A stretch of 63,955 nt of DNA, counting the filler, from Barthelona sp. PAP020 (taxonomy: Eukaryota): the NCBI GenBank assembly GCA_040182905.1. It is 4 parts of 4 records of this genome, joined end to end, with 100 filler letters (N's around TTAATTAATTAA, not from the genome) between each part and the next. Parts side by side here need not be neighbours in the genome. Positions count along the whole stretch, not along the records: positions 1 to 17,115 come from JARQWU010000250.1; 3 more parts are not named here. The stretch is one strand, 5' to 3'. Both the position numbers and the translations under genes were made by a program. Below the pieces are notes generated by a model. It was not told the DNA's origin. It worked only from the letters and a program-made list of their open reading frames with translations, and searched no databases. Position 1 is the stretch's first letter. Each line of letters opens with the position of its first letter. Below, piece by piece: positions 1 through 8,588 of this stretch.

Positions 1-1
1 A

Positions 2-160
2 AGAAAAAGCAAAACTATGTTCTCTTCCAATTTTTTTACCTTTAAAAAATATGTTGTTTCACAGTTATCACAAATCCTCGATAATGACCTTGATGAAATT
101 AAGAATCAGTGCAGTGGTTTGTTGGTTGGTATACAAAGTTGGCAATTGAATGAAATATAG
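2..160 (+). CDS. Probable 3' end of a hypothetical protein gene running in from the window edge
   Basis: Open frame from nt 2 (RKSKTMFSS...SQILDNDLDEIKNQCSGLLVGIQSWQLNEI) to TAG 158-160, followed by TGTAAA at 202-207 and a T-rich tract. Confidence 0.4.
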   Translation, partial: RKSKTMFSSNFFTFKKYVVSQLSQILDNDLDEIKNQCSGLLVGIQSWQLNEI

Positions 161-375
161 TTCTAAAATGCTTCTGGTTATTGTTGAATTCAAAGAGTGA
201 TTGTAAATGTTATAGTATCCATTTTATTGTTTTTTAAATTTTTTTTTTTTTTTTTTGGAAGCAAATAGGGTTCAAAGCAGAAAACCAAATAGCAAAGAAA
301 AAAAATGGACAGAAATTTTTTTTACAAAACAAAAATTTTGCAAATCTTTTGAAAGTTTGTGGGATAGAGATAGGG

Positions 376-2493
376 TCAATCTAAATAATATTCAGCCAAC
401 AAATTTTGAATTTCTAAACTAAGAAGATGTGAATCTTCATGACTGGATAAATCATTAGTTATTGTTTTAAGATTTGCTTTATCGAAATCATTGACAATTT
501 GAGCAAAACAGGCCGACCCACGAGCACATGAAAGCAAATTTGATAAGATCCAAATAACTTTTGCCAAATTTTCAGAATTATCAACCTTAGTTAACATTGA
601 AATCAATAAAATATGAATTTCTTTTTGTAACATCCAATTTTGACAAATATTTATACTGAAATCAATGATTGTAATGAAGTTTATCAAAAAATTTAACAAA
701 GAGTCGACTAATTCTTCATTATTTTCGATTAACAGAATGTTTTGAAAGTTTTCCATGACATTTTCATTGTTTAATGTCTCAAATATTAAAGATTTGATCA
801 TACTATTATCCAACGTAGATAATGCCGAAAGAAAATCAATTTGACTCAATAGCAACAATGTGTCAGAAGAGGACATCTTATGGAAAACACCAAAAGTATT
901 AGAATCCTTGATTAAATTCATGAAATGCTTCAAAAACCTTTGAAAGTCATAAGTTTCCAAAAATTTCTCAACAATTGGATGTTCAAAACAATATAAAAAA
1001 TTAGTAAGACAACCCAATGCAGCAGATTTTATTGAATCATTGGAAACATACATCATATTATCATCAATATCAATCATACGTTGATTATTTTCAATATTAT
1101 TAACTAAAACGCCATTCAAAGCTAATTTACATAAAAAATTCAATCTTTCATTCGAATTATTTGCTAATGACACCTTTAAATCTTCACCATAAATCAAGAA
1201 ATTGCCAATCAATCTGAGAACATTTTGAAAGAAAGGATTTAATTTAATAATCTCAATATCTTGATCAAATATTTTCAATAAAGGAATAGGCAAGACAAAA
1301 TATGAACTATATGAAGAAATATTTGGCATTCTACTTATCTCTAATAATAATTCAATTAAAATACATGTTTCTTCCTTTTCATAATCATCTGCAACATTAA
1401 TTTCACCGATTAAAGTGGTTAAAACCCCAAATAAATCATCATACTTTTCCTTTAACAAACAATTAACAATAGACTTTGTTTTTTTTTTATTTTGATTACA
1501 GTATTTTAACCAAGACGTCAAAGGCTTTATTATGTCATATTTTTGATCTCTTAATAACCAATTTTTTAACTGTAGACCAATTGTTCTCAAATGAAAATCA
1601 TTCAAATATCCCAAATCATAAGGTTTGATGAAAAAATAATAAATCATAAGGTCTAAATGTTCCAAAAACTCTTCATTCTTATAAACATCTTCAATAGAAA
1701 AATATTGTAAAATTCTCATACACAAATTTGAATTTAACAAATCATCAAAGATTTCACAAAGGCTTAACAAAAATAATAAAAAAGTTGTAACAGATAAAAA
1801 ATCTAACGATATCAATTCAATACATTTCTGAATATATTCTCGAAAATTAGAATTACAAAATTGCTTAAAAAGTTCTTTAGACTTTTCTTTATCTCCTAAA
1901 ATTATATTCACATTCAATAATAAATCAAATATTTTGGCAGAAATATTTGGAACAATGAAGGGATTTAGTTTTTCAAAAACACCAACACTTAACAATTTTT
2001 CACACCCTCTTTTTTTTTTCATCAATTCTTCATAAAAATGCAAAAAGCTATTTGTGGTGTCAAACATCATTGATAATGATAATATTTCATCTTCAGACAA
2101 TTTCAATGATTCAATAGATAAGGTTTCCAAACTGTTAAATAAATCAGCAAAAAAATCATTTAACATTAAATCATTCTTTAATAAACAGATTGCAATGGAA
2201 AAAATATCATTTGATTGAGGAATTGTTAAATATTTCGCAACTAAACTAACTAACCTTGATGCTTGTTGCTTTTCTTCTTCATTACCATTTTTTAATGTCT
2301 CAATAACATCGTTAAAATCATCAGATTCAACAAAAAATTGTTTTCTTTTTTCATATCCAACAATCCTATCACGTATCAATTTTAATTCTTCATTTCTTAA
2401 GATAACCATTGGTGCATAAGATATAAATAAACAAACTTTTGTTCTACTGTTTACAGTAAAGTTCAAATCTGTAAAATTAAGTGAACCTTTCAT
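376..2493 (-). CDS. Hypothetical alpha-solenoid (ARM/HEAT-like) protein
   Basis: 705-aa Leu-rich helical ORF with ARM-like segments (VLRLIGNFL, AALGCLTNFL, KVIWILSNLL). Start could alternatively be the ATG at 2409. Confidence 0.55.
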   Translation of the reverse strand: MKGSLNFTDLNFTVNSRTKVCLFISYAPMVILRNEELKLIRDRIVGYEKRKQFFVESDDFNDVIETLKNGNEEEKQQASRLVSLVAKYLTIPQSNDIFSIAICLLKNDLMLNDFFADLFNSLETLSIESLKLSEDEILSLSMMFDTTNSFLHFYEELMKKKRGCEKLLSVGVFEKLNPFIVPNISAKIFDLLLNVNIILGDKEKSKELFKQFCNSNFREYIQKCIELISLDFLSVTTFLLFLLSLCEIFDDLLNSNLCMRILQYFSIEDVYKNEEFLEHLDLMIYYFFIKPYDLGYLNDFHLRTIGLQLKNWLLRDQKYDIIKPLTSWLKYCNQNKKKTKSIVNCLLKEKYDDLFGVLTTLIGEINVADDYEKEETCILIELLLEISRMPNISSYSSYFVLPIPLLKIFDQDIEIIKLNPFFQNVLRLIGNFLIYGEDLKVSLANNSNERLNFLCKLALNGVLVNNIENNQRMIDIDDNMMYVSNDSIKSAALGCLTNFLYCFEHPIVEKFLETYDFQRFLKHFMNLIKDSNTFGVFHKMSSSDTLLLLSQIDFLSALSTLDNSMIKSLIFETLNNENVMENFQNILLIENNEELVDSLLNFLINFITIIDFSINICQNWMLQKEIHILLISMLTKVDNSENLAKVIWILSNLLSCARGSACFAQIVNDFDKANLKTITNDLSSHEDSHLLSLEIQNLLAEYYLD

Positions 2494-2535
2494 ATCATCA
2501 TTTCAACAATAATAATCCATAGTTAATTGATTATA

Positions 2536-3639
2536 ATGTTTCTTTCCACACATAGAGTTAATGAAAACAATGAAAATAGCAATGAAAATAATGAAGAAGC
2601 AATTGAGGAAAATTTTCTGTTAGAAGAAAACAAGCGCAACAATAATTCTTTGAGAAGGTTTCTCTTTGATAATTGGCAGATGGTTTTAACCATAAGCTCT
2701 TTTGTTATAACAGTCATTTGCGTTGTTTCAGTAGTTGTTGCATTTTCTCCTGATTCATCAATAAACAATGATTATTCTGATTCAGTATTCACAAAATTAT
2801 TACAATTAACCCCTTCACACCGAATTTCACCAATCACAACAATATATATGACTTGGTTTAGACCTTATGAAGAATTTTCAATTCTGCATCAGTATTCAGT
2901 TGAGACATTGGCACATGCAAACTATGATTCAACTGTGGTTATTTTATCAAATACACTGCCTATTGACTATTTCGACCAAAGAAGCACTCAATCTCTAAAA
3001 TTACCCAATATTGTCATTCATAACATATCAATATCTGAAATTTTAGCTCGATCACCTGCAAAAAACTATTTAAACTTGGAAAACTATGGAAAGGGTCCCT
3101 ATAAAATTCAACATGACGAAGAAATCGCCCGTTTAGCACATCTTTATTTGAATGGAGGATTTGCAGTACCCTGGGGATTCCTATTTATAGGCCCAATGGG
3201 TTCACTTACTGATTGTGTATCTGATTTTTCAAAGAGTAACAGGGATGACATTAGATTTGGAGGTATTTTAAGATTTAACCGCGGAAATCAATATTTGGAA
3301 CAAGTTTTAAATGATTTCGTCACTAATTATGATCCAATGATAGAGCATTTTACAGATTATCTTTTAACAAAGTTTTACCCAGTATTTCAATCAACCACAA
3401 GAGTTATACCAAATTCTGCAATTGCAAGTGTTGGAATTGATGAATGTAAGTATTTGTTTAAAAATACATATCGAACCCAAAAATTATTTTCTTTGGCGGA
3501 AACTAGAGCCATTGCTTTTCAATATTATGAGCAAAAACAAGTGTACAAATTAGAACCATTATCCTTAGCTCACAGAGCAATGAGTAAGAATTGTTTTGAT
3601 TGTTCAAATATTCCCATCAATAAAGAAATTGTTTGTTGA
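2536..3639 (+). CDS. GT32 / alpha-1,4-glycosyltransferase-like type II membrane protein (DxD motif degenerate)
   Basis: N-terminal TM helix (VLTISSFVITVICVVSVVVAF), then SVETLAHAN...VVILSNTL and EIARLAHLYLNGG, matching the GT32 D-x-x-R-x-x-x-L-Y-x-x-G-G signature. First ATG at 2536. Confidence 0.7.
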   Translation: MFLSTHRVNENNENSNENNEEAIEENFLLEENKRNNNSLRRFLFDNWQMVLTISSFVITVICVVSVVVAFSPDSSINNDYSDSVFTKLLQLTPSHRISPITTIYMTWFRPYEEFSILHQYSVETLAHANYDSTVVILSNTLPIDYFDQRSTQSLKLPNIVIHNISISEILARSPAKNYLNLENYGKGPYKIQHDEEIARLAHLYLNGGFAVPWGFLFIGPMGSLTDCVSDFSKSNRDDIRFGGILRFNRGNQYLEQVLNDFVTNYDPMIEHFTDYLLTKFYPVFQSTTRVIPNSAIASVGIDECKYLFKNTYRTQKLFSLAETRAIAFQYYEQKQVYKLEPLSLAHRAMSKNCFDCSNIPINKEIVC

Positions 3640-3869
3640 CAAAAAATTAGTTTTTTATCATCGCATTTTTAAGATCAAGGTTAATTTGAAGGTATGAATC
3701 AGATTTAATAACAGATGGACTATCAACCCAAGTCAAATTTTTCAAGAAATTTTGACACAATAAATATTCATCCATAGGATGGTTTATTGCTTATTGCAAG
3801 CCTTTTATGAGGATAAATATTTATGCTTTGAATTTGAACACTCTCCACAAATCACCTTTTTTTTTTAAA

Positions 3870-4210
3870 TTTTTCTTCTTGTACGAACCTTTTTCATAAC
3901 TTACCCAAATCAGAGACTGAGAATCTCAGTTGATTAATAAATAATAAACCATAATCTTTATTCTTTTCCAAAAGTTTCAGTGTTCTTGAATGGAACCTCT
4001 CTTTTTTGAGATCTACTCTTTCATAGGCTGTCATAGGGGAGCTATGGCCTATGCGTAGTGTGAAATATTGCATTACTAATTGCACAAAAGAGCTCAAAGG
4101 CTCCAATCTTCTTCAAATTTATCCTAATTGTGCAAATTTTCATGCATTCACCGTGGCAGGTCAAAAATTTGGGTAGATTAAGGAAAAGTTCCGAGCATTG
4201 AGGGAAAAAG
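3870..4210 (+). ncRNA. Candidate structured ncRNA of unknown class
   Basis: Long-range closing helix 3870-3910 with 4167-4209 encloses several internal hairpins. G-U pairs favour the + strand. No convincing ORF on either strand. Confidence 0.55.
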
Positions 4211-4289
4211 GAAGAATCAGAAAATTTAGTTTCGCCAAAAATTACAGGCTTGTAAACAACCCTCTTTTTTTTTTCATTGAATATACAAA

Positions 4290-5018
4290 ATGAATATTCA
4301 TAAATCATGGAATCCATACAGTTTAAAGAACCGCCAACGAATTTTGGAGGTTGAAAAGGCAAACCAAATAGAATTAGAAAAAACGAAAGAATTGCAAAAG
4401 CAATTACAATATCAAAAAGCTTTAAAAGCTATACAAAATGAGTCAAATGAAATTTTGGATAGAAATGAAAGGATTTCTTCACATGGATTAGATTTTATGT
4501 ATGAAGAACTACCTATATTAAATAAAGATAAAAAAAATGAGACAAACATATTTTCTCATCAACAAGATCAGTCAAAAACAGATGTTAATCAGAATGAAAG
4601 TGACAATGAAAGTGATATTCAATATATTGAAGATTATTTCAAAGAAAGGCCAATTGTTTTGAAAAAACAAGAAAGCAATTCGACTATTAATTATGAACGA
4701 CAAAAAATCCTTGAAGAAGATCCTTTAAGTGATATTTTTATGGATAAACCACCAATGATCGTAAATGCTTACGTAAATAACAGAGATAAAGATATTTATG
4801 ATTCTAAAGCACGTTCAATGTACAATAGAAATGACTTACAATTGAGTCAAAGGCCTCACAGGAATAACAGAATTCAAAAGAGAATTCAATATCATAAAAA
4901 TGATATAGCTTATCCAAGAGATCACTCAAGACATGAAAGAAATCATCATTCCAAACACAGAGATCAAATGAAACGACAAGCAAAAGACAGATACCAACAA
5001 TCTAACCATTCATTTTGA
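4290..5018 (+). CDS. CWC25/CIR1-family (Cir_N domain) splicing-associated protein
   Basis: N-terminus MNIHKSWNPYSLKNRQRILEVE resembles the CWC25/CIR1 N-terminal motif (K-S-W-x-P...N). Also GLDFMYE, EEDPL and an Arg/His-rich C-terminus. Confidence 0.7.
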   Translation: MNIHKSWNPYSLKNRQRILEVEKANQIELEKTKELQKQLQYQKALKAIQNESNEILDRNERISSHGLDFMYEELPILNKDKKNETNIFSHQQDQSKTDVNQNESDNESDIQYIEDYFKERPIVLKKQESNSTINYERQKILEEDPLSDIFMDKPPMIVNAYVNNRDKDIYDSKARSMYNRNDLQLSQRPHRNNRIQKRIQYHKNDIAYPRDHSRHERNHHSKHRDQMKRQAKDRYQQSNHSF

Positions 5019-7113
5019 GATATTGAATCACCTCTTGGGTTAATATTTCATTTCTCTTCAAAATGCTTTTGATATCTGTTGATTCATGCTGAAAAAACGT
5101 ATTTGAATCCTTTGGGTAAACGTCTAATTTAGCATCTCTTTTTAATTGAGACCATTTACGATAAGAATTTATTGCACTAATAAAAATGACTGCCCATTTA
5201 GCAATGATTGACAATGCAACTGGAAATTCTGGGTGTTTTAAAAAATTTTGCGATTTTCTTTCAAAATTTTGCAACAATCTCAACAATCGACCATCTTCAT
5301 CATCAATGAAATCAAAATTTGAGATATTTTGTAAAAGTTTTAAATTTTCTTTGGTTAAGATTTTGTTTTTATCTTGAATTTCATCTTCAATCTGTTTATG
5401 CTGTAATAAATTACAAATCACATAAATAAATTGCAAACTCTCTGAAAAATACCTGCTATTATGTTTTACATCTAACAATTCTTTCAAATGTTGTCTTTTA
5501 AACTCAGTTTTCCAGACACGATTGCTTCTTTCCAATTTAATAACATGCGCTGCTTTTGCTAACCGCTCATCATTAACATTAACTTTTTTTTCCTTATCAT
5601 TTGATTCAATGTTAGGATTATTGATTTTTTCTCCATTTTCTGCATCAGATTCACTTATTGTCATCATTTTTTTAATGGTAGTATTGTCTAAAATATATTG
5701 CAAATATACATTAGCTTCAATTAATGCTGGTGCATCCGCATCCAAAACAACAATGTTGAAAAAAACTTTGGAATTTTCATCTTGCATTTCTTTTGCATAA
5801 ATACCTTGACCAAAATTTATTGTTAAATCCATATATCTGAAAGCAATTCCAGTGTTTAAGTTTACAATAATTAAATGCTCTTCCAAATCCAACACAAATA
5901 ACAAATCGTAATCATCCAACAAAAATAATTTTGTTGGATGTTTCAACTTCAATGACAAAACAATACATGATACATAACCAACTCTTAGATCAATTGCTCT
6001 GAGCACAGAATTGCCACTATCACAAACAAAAAGACTATCCCTTCTTGAACTATAACAAATACCTGTTATATAATTAAACAATGCAAATTCACATTGACCA
6101 TCCATTAAACCAGTTATGTTTGGACTTCCTGCTAAGATAATGGTGATTTTTTGTTCTAAATCACAACACAACACACAACTCTTTGTCGTCACGAACAGTA
6201 ATTTCCCAAGAATCATGCAATCAGTTAAAACCATGGTTGGATTAATCTTGTTTATTTGTGAATGGACCATTGAACATAGAACATCATTCTCCTCATGTAA
6301 AGAAAATATAGGCACCAGTTCTCCGTTATTATTGATACCAATTAAAAGACTGCCTTCTGCAATAATAGTAAAAAGAAAATATTCATCAGTAGAAGTAGGA
6401 ATATAAGCATTAACTAATCCATGAAAATACAGTGGATTGTTGTCAACATCAGATAAAACTTCTGTTTCACCTGTATCAATGTTAAATTTAAGAATAGTAG
6501 AATCTTGTTGATTAGCCAAATAACATTGTGAATTGCCAACAATTGACAAAGAACAAGGATCTTTCAACAATTTAGGGTCAATTAAACTATCTTTATTTTG
6601 AATTTCCAAATTTAGTTCCTCATCCAGATTCACTCTCAAACAATTAGGACTATTATTTGCGTCTTTTTTTTCACCATCAATTATTGAGGAGTTTTCGTTT
6701 GAAAATAAATTTTCTGATTCATTATTTTGAAATTCATTTTGTGAGTTTAATAATTTTTCACAAAAATGAATGAATGAACGAGCGGTATTTGAATCAGTTG
6801 AACCTGGATATACATCTCGCAAATGTTTAGTAAATTTTAATGTGTGTTTGTTGACAAATTCATATTTTGAACATAAAAAACAACAAATGTCAAAAGCGGC
6901 TACAGTATATTTTCTTGATGATTTATCAGATTTAGAACATGCAAAGTAACATAATCGTTCACATAATTCCAGAGTTGAATGGTGATCATCAGCATTAATG
7001 AACAATTTTAGAAACTTCTCCAATTCTTTGATCTTTTTTTCTAAATCAGATGTTCCTACATTAGCAAATTGCACTAAAAACTCATCAATCTTATTATATC
7101 GATTGTCCATCAA
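5002..7113 (-). CDS. NHL-repeat beta-propeller protein with a C-terminal dynein-MTBD-like domain
   Basis: NHL repeat ILAGSPNITGLMDGQCEFALFNYITGICY...LFVCDSGNSVLRAIDL. C-terminal FKRQHLKEL...ICNLL...ISNFD...AKWAVI resembles the dynein stalk MTBD. Confidence 0.65.
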   Translation of the reverse strand: MMDNRYNKIDEFLVQFANVGTSDLEKKIKELEKFLKLFINADDHHSTLELCERLCYFACSKSDKSSRKYTVAAFDICCFLCSKYEFVNKHTLKFTKHLRDVYPGSTDSNTARSFIHFCEKLLNSQNEFQNNESENLFSNENSSIIDGEKKDANNSPNCLRVNLDEELNLEIQNKDSLIDPKLLKDPCSLSIVGNSQCYLANQQDSTILKFNIDTGETEVLSDVDNNPLYFHGLVNAYIPTSTDEYFLFTIIAEGSLLIGINNNGELVPIFSLHEENDVLCSMVHSQINKINPTMVLTDCMILGKLLFVTTKSCVLCCDLEQKITIILAGSPNITGLMDGQCEFALFNYITGICYSSRRDSLFVCDSGNSVLRAIDLRVGYVSCIVLSLKLKHPTKLFLLDDYDLLFVLDLEEHLIIVNLNTGIAFRYMDLTINFGQGIYAKEMQDENSKVFFNIVVLDADAPALIEANVYLQYILDNTTIKKMMTISESDAENGEKINNPNIESNDKEKKVNVNDERLAKAAHVIKLERSNRVWKTEFKRQHLKELLDVKHNSRYFSESLQFIYVICNLLQHKQIEDEIQDKNKILTKENLKLLQNISNFDFIDDEDGRLLRLLQNFERKSQNFLKHPEFPVALSIIAKWAVIFISAINSYRKWSQLKRDAKLDVYPKDSNTFFQHESTDIKSILKRNEILTQEVIQYLKMNG

Positions 7114-7285
7114 TTCAAAAACATAGATTGGATGAATAGAAAAAATTGAAGTTTTTTGTTTTTGTTTTTGTATTGGAAGTTTTTTTCAGACTTTTCAAAT
7201 TGAATAACAGAATCAACGTGGTAAAGTAACCGATTTTTTTAATATCTGTCATTTCTTTTTTTTTGTGTGTATATTCTCTTTAAAA

Positions 7286-8359
7286 ATGAATGAAGAATCA
7301 ATTGAAGATGTTTTTGAAAGATTATTCAAAGAAAAATTAGCAAATGGTGAATTGGAATCGTATATTATTGAAATTATTGAGAAAATTCAATTTAAAAATA
7401 CAGGGGTGAAAGGTGGATCGATGAAATTTCCGAAATTGAGAAGTTTAAAAACAGATGAACGATTATTTATTGATGTTGCCAAAACCAACATTTCAAAATG
7501 TCAATTTTGTAATGAATTAATCGATAAAGGTGATTTAAGAATTGTTATAACGTCATTAAAATTTTTGTCCGATGAAAATAAACAAGAAACTTCAACCCAA
7601 AAATGTCATTTTGATTGTTATGCAAAACAAAACGCTATTGTTGTTGATAATCTCATAGATTTTGAAAAATTACCAACTGATTTACAAGAAAGAGTCAGAA
7701 AATCAACTACTTTTGTTGAAAGACTTGAGAAGAAATCCACACATTCTCCTCTGAAGAAGCCACCTGTTTTTGAGGAACCTAGCACATTAAAAAATAAAGA
7801 TCGTAATGATAATTTAAAAATTGAAGACCAAAAACCATTCCCTCAAGATGAAGAAGAAGAAGAGGAGGATGAAGAACATGAAGTTGAATCTGATAACGAT
7901 GATGAAGAACAATTAGAAGAGGAAATAGAAGAAGATACTGACAATAATAACATTGAAGAAGTTGAAAATGTGATTTCAGACGAAGTTTCCGATTCAGCAG
8001 GTCAAATACCAAATGAAACATCTAATAAGTTTTTGAAAACGACAATAGTTATTCCTTCTGAAGATGAAATCAATGAATTTTTGAAAACTGTAACAAATTC
8101 AGACTTAACCAGAGAATTAGGATTAAATCGTCGTCCTTTGAAAGGATCAAGACATGCAAAAGCATATGATATTCTTTTTCATAGAAAAAATGGAGTTCCA
8201 TCTGTTTGTTCAAAGTGTGGCAAAGGTAAATTGAAATATTCTGAGGAAAAGAAATGTTTTATTTGCAGCGGTTATTTTGATAATGCTTTCAGAAATTGTA
8301 AAGGATGTTTTAAAGTGAATGAAATATCGTTTGAACCTTGGGTATATCCCTCATCTTAG
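7286..8359 (+). CDS. PARP-type zinc finger + acidic linker + PADR1(Zn3)-like protein
   Basis: zf-PARP signature DVAKTNISKCQFCNELIDKGDLRI...HFDC, a D/E tract, and C-terminal NGVPSVCSKCGKGKLKY...FICSGYF...RNC. First ATG at 7286. Confidence 0.75.
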   Translation: MNEESIEDVFERLFKEKLANGELESYIIEIIEKIQFKNTGVKGGSMKFPKLRSLKTDERLFIDVAKTNISKCQFCNELIDKGDLRIVITSLKFLSDENKQETSTQKCHFDCYAKQNAIVVDNLIDFEKLPTDLQERVRKSTTFVERLEKKSTHSPLKKPPVFEEPSTLKNKDRNDNLKIEDQKPFPQDEEEEEEDEEHEVESDNDDEEQLEEEIEEDTDNNNIEEVENVISDEVSDSAGQIPNETSNKFLKTTIVIPSEDEINEFLKTVTNSDLTRELGLNRRPLKGSRHAKAYDILFHRKNGVPSVCSKCGKGKLKYSEEKKCFICSGYFDNAFRNCKGCFKVNEISFEPWVYPSS

Positions 8360-8588
8360 AAAAATTTATTTTTTGAAAGAAGTAAATGTGGAATTTGTTT
8401 TTTTTTTTCCTTCATTCAGATTTATAGGTCAAAAAAACTAAAAGAATATTGATGACTCATAATTTCCACCAAAATTCAAAGGAAACCCAAAATATCCAAT
8501 AAAAAAATGAACAAAAAAAAAGACTACTATTTACCAAAGAAAAAAAAAAAGAAAATACATGACAAATAAAGACATTCTAACAAATAAA

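Noticed and set aside
4222..4265. Minus-strand SRP Alu-like motif (GCCUGUAAU between two small hairpins)
   Set aside because: No SRP54-binding helix-8 motif on that strand, and G-U pairing in the long helix favours the + strand. Not enough to call SRP RNA.
3894..4362. Minus-strand ORFs 3894-4106 and 4042-4362 as a frameshifted or spliced gene (faint HORMA/p31comet-like LPYDSL after a TAG)
   Set aside because: Multiple stops, no intron with the GTAT...CTAA...TAG pattern, and overlap with the CWC25-like start. The extensive base-pairing explains the region better.
5186..6406. Antisense ORFs nested in long genes (here and throughout the ORF track)
   Set aside because: Shadow frames of real CDSs, with no recognisable motifs and mostly non-ATG starts.
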